Source of the DNA: Stegostoma tigrinum
Lineage: Eukaryota
DNA length: 64,000 nt
NCBI RefSeq assembly: GCF_030684315.1
Contig: NC_081398.1
Coordinates: 6,614,385-6,678,384, forward strand
Reading direction: 5' to 3'
Shown here: piece after piece, positions 1 through 10,624 of the stretch
Layout: each line of letters opens with the position of its first letter
Position numbering within the stretch: position 1 is the stretch's first letter
Made by a program: the position numbers and the translations under genes
Notes under the pieces: model-generated
Told to the model about the DNA's origin: nothing
Database searches by the model: none
What the model saw: the letters and a program-made list of their open reading frames with translations, nothing else

Positions 1-880
1 GAGAACACAGGATCCCATGGAAATTATCCCTAAGAATCCCTGGAGCGAGGGATTTAATGGTTTATTGTGTCCTACAGAAACTCACCGTCCCACAGCAGAC
101 CCACATTCTCAGCAGACGTCACTGTGCAAAGCTGCTTTGAACCTCCGCCTTTTGAAGTAGATACTGCAGACTGTTTGCTTTGCTGCAAAGCCTGGGCAGT
201 TTCTGTGTTTCCCGAGTAACTAAACTCAGTTTCCAGTGCTTCCCTGATGTGAAATAGCGTCCGTCTGCTGCTAAACAGATTGCTCCCTGCTTGTCTAAAT
301 ATATCCTTTAGAATATAAGACTTGACATGGCTCTGCTGTAGAAAATCGATTTAGGCCGAAACATTGAATGTTTTCAAGAAGGCGTTCAATCCCATTCTTT
401 GGGTGGGATGGGATCATTGGATGATCAGCCACGAGCCTATTGAACAGGCTCAGGAGGCTGAATGGTCTGCTCCTGTTCCAATGTTCTATGCTCCGATGTG
501 TCCGATTTAAAACAATGTTATCAATTATACTTCTTTACTGAAATACACTCATTAATTTGGGGTTTTTTTCAAGAAACTATCACTACATACATTAAGCTTT
601 GCTTGTGCACAATTTTAAGTGAATTTTTCAACCTTAAGCTAAAAACTCTCCTGTGTTTTACAACTCTGTTTCAATCACCTGTTACACTGTTCCCTTCTGT
701 CAGTATTTCTAGCTGTTTTTGTAACAGATATCTCCGCTTTCAGGCGTTTTTTGTGTCAGCAAGTGGAGCTTTTGAAATAAAAACATTAAATGGTTCAAAA
801 ATAACGATGACCACAGTAATCGTGTGACTACTCTTCACAAGGACCTCCCAGGATGTTCTCAGAAGTCAGTGGCAGACAGC
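1..880 (+). other. Paralogous copy of the last exon/3' UTR region of gene A; probably the 3' end of another activating-type gene lying upstream of the window
   Basis: 1-60 (gagaacacaggatcccatggaaattatccctaagaatccctggagc) aligns with 14740-14800 (gagaacatgggaaccaatgggaattatccttaagaatccctggagc), which directly follows the gene A stop; colinear similarity continues to ~880 vs ~15690; AATAAA near 776. Confidence 0.65.
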
Positions 881-1499
881 CAGTCAATGCTTACAAACCC
901 TCCTGCAAAGTGTGCCCATTGTGACGGGCTTGTCAAATCCCAGAATAAAATCATAGATCCCTTGACGATGTTGGCCGCTTTCCCGAGGCAGCGGCAGGGG
1001 AAGGTGGAGTCAATGGATGGAAGGTGATATAGACTGGGCTGTGTTCACAATTCTCTGTCATTTCTTGCAATCTTGGGCACAGCAGTGACCACACAATGCT
1101 GTCATGCATCCGGCTCGGATGTTTGGTGTGCAGTGGGTCTATTAAAATTGGTAAGAAACCCTGTGGACATGCTGAATTTCCTTAGCCTCCTGAGACACTA
1201 GAGACAATGCTGTGCTTTCTTGATTGGAGCATTGAGCTAGATGCACCAGGACAGGTTGTTTACTCCTGATGCTCTCGATCACCTCCACCTCAGCACCATT
1301 GCTACAAACAGGACCGTGCTCCCAATTCTGCTCCCTGAGGTCAATGATCAGCTCCTTCATAACCCAGCTTTCTTACCTTAACAGCGCCTCGTGGCAGCTT
1401 CTGTCCTGGCTCCCATTCTGAACTTGCACTAAACGTCCTGTGTTCCACGTTGTGGCGAATGCTGGTAAGTGCAAGTAGTCCCCCTTGCACCAACCAACT

Positions 1500-2280
1500 T
1501 CTGCCATGATAGGCCCGAAACGTCAGCTTTTGTGCTCCTGAGATGCTGCTGGGCCTGCTGTGTTCATCCAGCCTCACATTTTATTATCTTGGATTCTCCA
1601 GCATCTGCAGTTCCCATTATCACTGATACAACTTCTGCCATGAGATGGATATCTGCCAGTGAAACTGTTAAATGAGTGAAATTTAAACATGTATTCCTCT
1701 GCATCGGTGAGGCCATGCGCAGTCTCAGAGACCATTTCACAGAGTAACTGCGCTCTGTGAATAACAATGACAGCATCTTCCAGTCACCCATTATCTTAAC
1801 TCCTCCCTGGGGGTCATGTCCATTCTGGGCCTCCTCCCGTGTCACAATGACGCCATCCACAAACTGGAGAAGCAGCACCTCATATTCCGCCTCAGGAGCC
1901 GACAGCCCAATGGCCTAAAGTGGTGATCACCAGTTTCAACATCTCCCCACGCCCAGCCTCATCCCACGTCCTTCTCATCTCCATCTCATTGACCCGAAAC
2001 AAACTGTCCATCTTCTCTCCCACCTATCTACCTCACCCATCCCCCTGACCAAAGCCCACCACTCTGTACCTGCAATCACCTACCACCATCCCACCTCCCT
2101 TTCCCCAGCCCAACACCCCCCCCTTCGACTTATTTCCCAGCCCCCTCCCACCTCCCGCATTTCTGAAGAAGGGTTCCGACCCAAAGCATCATCTTCCCTG
2201 CTCCTCTGATGCTGCCTGGCCTGTTGTGTTCCTCCCGCTCCACACTGTGTCATCTCTGACTCCAGCATCTGCAGTTCAGC
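1500..2280 (+). mobile_element. Degenerate Penelope-like element 3' fragment with terminal repeat/SINE-like ends
   Basis: Decayed GIY-YIG-like coding remnant (tgcatcggtgaggccatgcgcagtctcagagaccatttc) resembling 32187-32520; ends in a ctgaagaagggttccgaccc terminal motif. Confidence 0.5.
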
Positions 2281-4339
2281 TGGCTCTTTAGAATACTTAC
2301 GTTGCAATTAATTTATATATTTTTACATTTAAATTATTTTTACGTGTCTAGGAATGTGTGCAATTTCAATGTGATGCTCAATAGCAGTGGCAGCATACAA
2401 CAGGTAGGTTAAAAGATTCCCTCACCAACAGATCAGATGTAGGCTCTGTACACACACCACATGAAGTCAACAATGATGTTGGGCAATTAAATGACTAACA
2501 AGAGCTGCTGGCTCCACAAAGGTCCCCATCCTCAACAACGGAGAAAGTCAGCACATGAGTCATTGGGCTGAAGTGTAACATCTATCTTCAGACAGAACTG
2601 CTGGGCCAGCTATCTGTCTCCTTGAGTGTAAGCACCAGAAAGTCATGGAATTCAATTCACTCCAGATGACATAAAGAAACAGCTGAAAGCATTCCATACC
2701 ACAAAGGCTATGGGTCCAAACAACATGATCACAATAACACTGAAGACATGTACTCCAGAACATGCTGCCTTCTCCTGACCAAAACTGTTTCAGAGCAACC
2801 ACAACATGGCCATGTACTCTACAATGAGGAAGATTGCCCAAGTATGCCCTGTGCACAAAAAGCAGGACATATCCACCTTCCTATCCTATCATGTGGCTTT
2901 CCATCATCAGGAAATTCCTGGATGGAGTAATCAATGGCTCTATTAAGTAGAACTTACAAAGGAATAAACCTGCTCACTGATGCTCACTTTGGACTCTAAG
3001 AATGGACAGAAGAGCTGAATGCTAGAGGTGAGGTGAGAGTGACTGCTCTTGATATTAAGCATTTGATTCAAACTTTGAAGAAGTTATTTGAAGCTGAGAA
3101 AGTCTATGCTCAGTTAGATGACAGCAAAAGGACGAGACAATCAGATTCTTCGCACGAGGAACTGAAACCACAGCTAAGTCAAACTCTCTGTGTGATAGAG
3201 GACTGTGCAGTAATTGAAACAAATACTAGAAATTGCCGGAGAAACTCAGCAGGGCCTGGCAGCATCTCTGGAGGGATGTCAAGAGTTAATGTTTCAGGTC
3301 ACGTGACCCTTCCTCAGAACTGAGGCATTGACTCTGATTTCACTCCACAGAAGCTGCCAGACCTGTTCAGGTTTTCCAACAATTTCTGTTTTTACTTCAG
3401 TTCACTCATTGTTATGTTGCCTTTGAGTTCTGTGGAGAAAGACTGTAGCATTAATGGGATTGCAGTTTCATATGTGTTCCAAACTCGTTAAACTCGTGTT
3501 ACGCATAAATAGTTTGGGTTATTTTAATCTATGCTTCCTCCTTTTAACTTGTGTTTAACTGATGAAACCAAACATGCAGTGTTTTGTGGTTGCCTTTCAG
3601 TGAAAGACCATCTTATTAGGATCAAAAAAAACTATCAAGCTAGATTTTGGTTTGGGATATAACTGAGCCACTAATATCATCAACCGAAATCATTACACAG
3701 AGCTGGACTGCTTTTTAAACCATGTTAAACAGAGCATACAATAGTACAGCACGGTACAGGCCCTTCGGCCCACAGTGTTGTACCAATCATACTGTGTATT
3801 TTTGAAAGGGAAAGACACAATACATGCCTCTTGAGCAGACTATTGCGTTTTAACCCCTCAAGTCTGAGATAACTCCCAGGAGATTAGTTTGGTTTATATT
3901 GCAGGGCAAACGGAACGAGACACCGTACTCCAGAAGGGCCATACCAATGTCCTACACAAACACAACATAACGTCCCAACTCCTGTACTCAATTTTCTGAA
4001 TAATGAAGTCAACCATGCCAAACAAAACAGTGAAAAGTGCTACGAAATACAAACTTTGCTTGTTTTATCAATATGATCTCAAGCTAACAATTAATTCTAT
4101 TCAAATCTCCACATCCACCGCTTCAATGTCTCTCAGTATTCTATAAGTTTCAATCAGATCACGCTTAACCTTTCTACCAAAGTCCTCAAATGCTCCTCGT
4201 GCAATAAGTCCTCCAACCCTGGGCTCGTTTTTGACAACCTCCTCTGGAACTGTTCCCATCAGCCCTCGCTGCTTTGCAGACTTCAGTTCTCGAAGCTCGT
4301 GAGAGAAACACACTCACCATCACTCCTCAGTCAGTTCAA

Positions 4340-4497
4340 GGAGATCACTTCCTGCCTGGTGTTGGCCAGAACGCAAGCGAACAGGAAGGCGAAAAAGCAG
4401 AACTAACAGTTTGGAAAGACTGCGGGTCTCACAAAACCCCGTCATCATTCTGTTGCAATCGGTGAGAGCAGGCAGCCAGAGCGTGAGCAGGACGGCA
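4340..4497 (+). promoter_or_regulatory. Putative proximal promoter/5' UTR of gene A with ETS (PU.1-type) cores
   Basis: CACTTCCTG at 4346-4354 and ACAGGAAG at 4381-4388; block conserved at 33885-34039 (gene C) and, diverged, at 30480-30625 (gene B, minus). Confidence 0.45.
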
Positions 4498-4540
4498 ATG
4501 GACTCTGATCTCCATCTCATCCTTCTGTCTCTCTGTGTCG
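4498..4540 (+). CDS. Gene A exon 1, signal peptide MDSDLHLILLSLCV
   Basis: gcaATGG Kozak context, hydrophobic core, phase-1 donor G|GTGAGT; near-identical to 34040-34082. Confidence 0.85.
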
Positions 4541-5278
4541 GTGAGTGAGTTCAATCTTATTCCAATGTGCCACCAAATTGGCTTCTGATTCAGACTGAGT
4601 CCTTCCCTTCACCAGCCACTCCACGGCTCAAAGCTGTTGCTTACCCTGATGGTGTGGGCAAGTTGCCAGAAGCTGCTTTCAATTCAGCTCCTGGTTAAGA
4701 AATCTCAAAGATAATCAAGTTCCAAAACAATAGTTTGGACATTATCGCGTGTAACCAGAAAAATAAGGCCCCTCATGGAAGCAAGTTAACTCTTACAGTC
4801 CTGGGTTGGCAACTAATGGGGCATCTGGCCCTGATTCCAAAGAGCAGTGTCCATCCCTAGAAGTGTCCAGAGTTGGTGGACTGATTTATTGTGGTCCTAT
4901 GTCCCAAGATACAATGGAAAGTGTTGTTTTGAGTGCTGCACAGGCAGAGTGTGCCATAAAGAGTGTGTCAGGGTGGCAGAACAGAGTGCAGAATGCAGGG
5001 TTACAGATGTTGCAAATGTGTAGAGAGAGAGAAAGATCAGAATTAACGTTGAGAAGATGATTCAAAGTTTTGATAACAGCAGGGAAGAAGTTGATTTGTG
5101 CATCTGTCCAGACACGTATTCAAACTTTTATATCCTCTGCCTGATGGAAAAGAGTGGAAAACAGTATAGGAGAGCTGGGAGGGGCCTATGGCATTAAGAA
5201 TATGAGAAATATGGGTAGAAATTGGCCATCTGGCCCCATCGAGCCTACCCACCATTCAATAAGATCATGGCTGATCTT

Positions 5279-5850
5279 AGTGGGTTTTGAGAAGATTTGT
5301 AGCTCAGGTTGAGGTTCTGGATGTGAGTTTGCTCGCTGAGCTGGAAGGTTAGTTTTCAGATGTTTCATCACCATTCTAGGTAACATCATCAGTGAGCCTC
5401 CGACGAAGCGCTGGTGTTATGTCCCGCTTTCTATTTATCTGGTTAGGTTTCCTTGGGTTGGTGATGTCATTTCCTGTTCTTTTTCGCAGGGGATGGTAGA
5501 TTGGCTCCAAATCAATGTGTTTGTTAATGGAGTTCCGGTTGGAATGCCATGCTTCTAGGAATTCTCGTGCATGTCTCTGCTTGGCTTGTCCTAGGATGGG
5601 TGTGTTGTCCCAATCAAAGTGGTGTCCTTCCTTATCCGTATGTAAGGATACGAGTGATAGTGGGTCATGTCGTTTTGTGACTAGCTGATGTTCATGTATT
5701 CTGGTGGCTAGCTTTCTGCCTGTTTGTCCAATGTAGTGTTTGTCACAGTTCTTGCAAGGTATTTTGTAGATGACGTTCGTTTAGCAAAACCTAGAATGGT
5801 GACGAAACATCTGAAAACGAACCTTCCAGCTCAGCGAGCAAACTCACATC
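5279..5850 (-). mobile_element. 5'-truncated Penelope-like element with inverted terminal repeat and 13-bp target-site duplication
   Basis: Nearly identical to the GIY-YIG element at 24060-24962; catggctgatctt duplicated at 5266-5278 and 5851-5863; ~60-bp inverted repeat 5319-5380 vs 5789-5851; the homologous site in gene C (~34790) is empty. Confidence 0.85.
5356..5396 (-). ncRNA. Minimal hammerhead ribozyme-like motif in the Penelope terminal repeat
   Basis: Minus strand ctca-CTGATGA-t-gttacc-tagaat-ggtgat-GAAA-c-atc-tga: CUGANGA and GAAA cores around a helix II, loopless helix III; CpG-decayed relative to the 24094 copy. Confidence 0.5.
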
Positions 5851-6289
5851 CATGGCTGATCTTTTCATGAGCTCTGTTTCACTTCCCCGCCTGCTCACTG
5901 TAAACTGTTAATTCTGTTCCTGTTCAAAAATCTATCTATCTTTGCCTTAAAAACATTTAGTAGCGAGGTAGCGCCAACTGCTTCACTGGACAGGAAATTC
6001 CACAGATTCCTAGCCCTTTAGGAAAAGAAGTTCCTCCTCAGCTTAGTCCGAGACTGCTCCTCAGGGCAGTCTCCAGAAAAATCCTGGTGAAAGGACAGGG
6101 GTCCAAAAGGTGTTTTTGAGAGAATCAACCCAATGATCAGACACAGGGGGGGGCTTTTACAGGGGAACTTGAGGAAGGTGAGACTGTGAGAGGTGGACAG
6201 GTTTGGAGTGAGAATACTACACCTGCAGTCTGAGATTTTCCACGGGTACAGCACCCCGTCACCCCACCCACATGGAGATTGCAGAGAGT

Positions 6290-9265
6290 TATAGTGACTG
6301 GAAGGGGTGACAGTTATAGGGAAGGATTTAGAGGCTGCAGGAGGTGACAGCAATTGGGAGGGGTGTAGGGGCTGGAGGGAGTGACAGAGATAGGGAGGGG
6401 ATGTAGGGGCTGGAGGGGGTGACAGAGATAGGGAGGGGGTGTAGGATATGGAGCAGGTTACAGTGACAGGGAGGGGTGTAGGGGCTGGAGGGAGTGACAG
6501 AGATAGGGAGGGGGTGTAGGGGCTGGAGGAGGTTACAGAGATAGGGAGGGTGTAGGGGCTGGAGGGGGTTACAGAGATGGGGAGGGGGTGTAGGGTCAGG
6601 AGGAAGTTACAGAGATAGGGAGGGGGTGTAGGGGCTGGAGGAGGTGACAGAGATAGGCAGGGATGTAGAGGCTGGAGGAGGTGACAGATATAGGGAGGGG
6701 GTGTAGGGACTGGAGGGGGTTACAGATATAGGGAGGGGGTGTAGGGGCTGGAAGAGATAACAGAGATACGGAGGGGTGTAGGGGCTGGAGGAGGTTACAG
6801 AGATAGGGAGGGGTGTAAAGTCAGGAGGAGGTGACAGAGATAGGGAGGAGTGTAGGGTCAGGAGGAGGTTACAGAGATAGGCAGGGGTTGTAGAGGCTGG
6901 AGGAGGTGACAGAGATAGGGAGGGGGTGTAGGGGCTGGAGGGGGTTACAGAGATAGGGAGGGGTGTAGGGGCTGGAGGAGGTGACAGAGATAGGCAGGGA
7001 TGTAGTGGCTGGAGGAGGTGACAGAGATAGGAAGGGGTGTCAGGGCTGGAGGGGGTTACAGATATATGGAGGGGGTGTAGGGGCTGGAGGAGGTTACAGA
7101 GATAGGGAGGGGTGTAGGGGCTGGAGGGGATTACAGAGATAGGGAGGGGTGTAGGGGCTGGAGGAGGTTACAGAGATAGGGAGGGGTGTAGGGTCAGGAG
7201 GAGGTTACAGTGATAGGGAGGGGGTGTAGGGGCTGGAGGGAGGTTACAGATATAGGGAGGGGTGTAGGGGCTGGAGGAGGTTACAGAGATAGGGAGGGGT
7301 GTAAAGTCAGGAGGAGGTTACAGAGATAGGGAGGGGTTGTAGGGGCTGGAGGAGGTTACAGAGATAGGGAGGGGTGTACGGTCAGAAGGAGGTTACAGAG
7401 ATAGCGAGAGGGTGTAGGGGCTGGAGGGGGTGACAGAGAAAGGGAGGGGGTGTACGGGCTGGAGGGGGATACAGAGATAGGGAGGGGTTATAGGGGCTGG
7501 AGGGCGTTACAGAGACAGGGAGGGGGTGTAGGGGCAGGAGGAGGTTACAGAGATAGGGAGGGTGTGTAGGGGCAGGAGGAGGTTACAGAGATAGGGAGGG
7601 TGTGTAGGGGCAGAAGGAGGTTACAGAGATAGGGAGGGATGTAGAGGCTGGAGGAGGTGACAGAGATAGGGAGGGGGTGTAGGGGCTGGAGGGGGTTACA
7701 GAGATAGGGAGGGAATGTTGGGGCTGGAGCTGGTGACAGAGATAAGGAGGGGGTGTAGGGGCTGGAAGAGGTTACAGAGATAGGGAGGGGTGTAGGGGCT
7801 GGAGGGGGTTACAGAGATAGGGAGGGGTTATAGGGGCTGGAGGGGGTTACAGAGATAGGGAGGGGGTGTAGGGGCAGGCGGAGGTTACAGAGATAGGGAG
7901 GGTGTGTAGGGGCAGGAGGAGGTTACAGAGATAGGGATGGTGTGTAGGGGCAGAAGGAGGTTACAGAGATAGGGAGGGATGTAGAGGCTGGAGGAGGTGA
8001 CAGAGATAGGGAGGGGGTGTAGGGGCTGGAGGGGGTTACAGAGGTAGGGAGGGAATGTTGGGGCTGGAGCTGGTGACAGAGATAAGGAGGGGGTGTAGGG
8101 GCTGGAAGAGGTTACAGAGATAGGGAGGGGTGTAGGGGCTGGAGGGAGTTACAGAGATGGGGAGGGGGTGTAGGGTCAGGAGGAGGTTACAGAGATAGGG
8201 ATGGGGTATAGGGGCTGGAGGAGGTGACAGAGATAGGCAGGGATGTAGTGGCTGGAGGAGGTGACAGAGATAGGAAGGGGGTGTCAGGGCTGGAGGGGGT
8301 TACAGATAGAGGGACGGAGTGTAGGGGCTGGAGGGGTTTACAGAGATAGGGAGGGGCATAGGGGCTGGAGGAGGTTACAGAGATAGGGAGGGTGTGTAGG
8401 GGCAGGAGTAGGTTACAGAGATAGGGAGGGATGTAGAGGCTGGAGGAGGTGACAGAGATAGGGAGGGGGTGTAGGGGCTGGAGGGGGTTACAGAGATAGG
8501 GAGGGAGTGTTAGGGCTGAAGCTGGTGACAGAGATAAGGAGGGGGTGTAGGGGCTGGAAGAGGTTACAGAGATAGGCAGGGATGTAGTGGCTGGAGGAGG
8601 TGACAGAGATAGGAAGGGGGTGTCAGGGCTGGAGGGGGTTACAGAGATACTGAGGGGTGTAAAGTCAGGAGGAGGTTACAGAGATAGGGAGGGGTGTAGG
8701 GTCAGGAGGAGGTTACAGTGATAGGGAGGGGTTGTAGAGGCTGGAGGAGGTTACAGAGATAGGGACGGGGTGTAGGGGCTGGAGGGGGTGACAGGGATAG
8801 GGAGGGGGTATAGGGGCTGGAGGGAGTTACAGAGATAGGGAGGGAGTGTAGGGGCTGGAGGGGGTTACAGATATAGGGAGGGGGTGTAGGGGCTGGAAGA
8901 GATAACAGAGATACGGAGGGGTGTAGGGGCTGGAGGAGGTTACAGAGATAGGGAGGGGTGTAAAGTCAGGAGGAGGTGACAGAGATAGGGAGGAGTGTAG
9001 GGTCAGGAGGAGGTTACAGAGATAGGCAGGGGTTGTAGAGGCTGGAGGAGGTGACAGAGATAGGGAGGGGGTGTAGGGGCTGGAGGGGGTTACAGAGATA
9101 GGGAGGAGTGTAGGGGCTGCAGGGGGTTACAGAGATGGGGAGGGGGTGTAGGGTCAGGAGGAGGTTACAGTGATAGGGAGGGTGTGTAGGGGCTGGAGGG
9201 GGTTCCAGAGATAGGGAGAGTGTGTCGGGGCAGGAGGAGATTCCAGAGATAGGGAGGGGTGTAGG
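6290..9265 (+). repeat. G-rich ~37-38-bp minisatellite (GGAGGAGGTTACAGAGATAGGGAGGGGTGTAGGGGCT)n, ~3 kb, gene A intron 1
   Basis: Directly visible tandem array of roughly 75-80 units. Confidence 0.95.
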
Positions 9266-10134
9266 CTCTGGACGAAGTTCCGTTGGGAGCCTTGAGCTAC
9301 CACTGGGGATTGCAGACTAGGCTGAGGGTTTGATACTGAGGTGTGAGGCTGCTGCTAAACTGGGAGATGAGACAGCAGGGTGGGAATAGCTGGGAGCAAG
9401 GTCGGGAAGAGTGGAAAATGGAAGAGCATTGATGGCCCAGATCAGGTCACATGGAGCTGCGGGTTCCCAAAGTGAAAGACTGAAGCAGGGAGCGGGCCCA
9501 GGTCTCCTCGCTATTATATTGTAGCTGGTCCCGGAGATATATGAATGCAGTGGCCTGGTATGGGATCTGTGACGGCGATGTGTGAGGGGAAGGTGCGACA
9601 GTATGTTCCAAAGTGGGTGTAGTTAGGAAGCCTGAGATAATGGGAACTGCAGATGCTGGAGAATCCAAGATAACAAAGTGTGAATTTGGATGAACACAGC
9701 AGGCCAAGCAGCATCTCAGGAGCACACAAGCTGTCGTTTCGTGCCCAGACCCGGCTTCTCCCAATGTCACCTCCTCCCCTGTCAATACCCCCATCGTGAA
9801 CGGATCGATCGGAAAGCTGGCTTCCAAGGGAATGATAATGTCACAGAGAGTACCTGTCGTGAACCAGGAACAGAATCAGAGACCGTACAGCGTGGAAACA
9901 CAACCATTACCTCTGCTGCTTTCGGCTGAAAGGAACATGCCAGCAGCGATTAGACCCTGCAATCTAATTGAGGGATTCACAGTGCTTTATATACAGAATA
10001 ACAGATCACTGGGAGTGAGTTACATTAAGCTGTTTGGGAAACAGAGTCTCCCTATCCCTGGGAGCTGGTTTTTCAGCTGGGAGAGATTTATTCGGGATTC
10101 CTAAATGACTGTTTGCTGTTTTGCTCTCCCACAG

Positions 10135-10503
10135 CGATGATAAAGGGAAAGGGATTCACAGTGAACCAACCGGATCGATTGGAGGCTGTGGAAGGGGGAT
10201 CGATCGAGATCCCGTGCACATTCACTTACCCAGACAGTTACAGACCCCCACGGATCAACATCTTCTGGAGAAGGTCGGAGTATCACGGGGAATTTATCTT
10301 CAATTTGTCACGGGGATACACTCACCCTAAATACTGAGGGCGAATTGACTTCCTGGGATCACCGGACACGGAGAGGACAGGAACCATCCGGATGAAGAAG
10401 CTGGGATTGCGGGATACAAACCGTTATTTCTGTCGGGTGGCTATAACAGGAAATAAGAGTGAGGCCTGGCAAAGCATCCCAGGGACCCGCCTTACTGTCC
10501 GAG
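10135..10503 (+). CDS. Gene A exon 2, V-set Ig domain (PILR/Siglec-like) with premature TGA at 10335
   Basis: Acceptor ctctcccacAG, donor GTAAGT; AMIKGKGFTVNQPDRLEAVEGGSIEIPCTF...WRRSEYHGEF...HPKY*GRI...YFCRVAITGNKSEAWQSIPGTRLTVR; frame continues intact after the stop. Confidence 0.9.
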
Positions 10504-10624
10504 GTAAGTTCCGGCACCCTTTCCCCTGATTCCCTGCCCGTTGACCCGATGCCGGGGACAGTGATCTCAGGATCAGTCTGTCCCAGGCTCAGGAACGTGT
10601 GGGATGTTCAAGTTCAACCCAGTC

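Noticed and set aside
10335-10337. TGA as selenocysteine or programmed read-through
   Set aside because: It aligns to Arg (CGA) in C and Gln in B, not Cys; simple CpG deamination explains it; no SECIS recognised.
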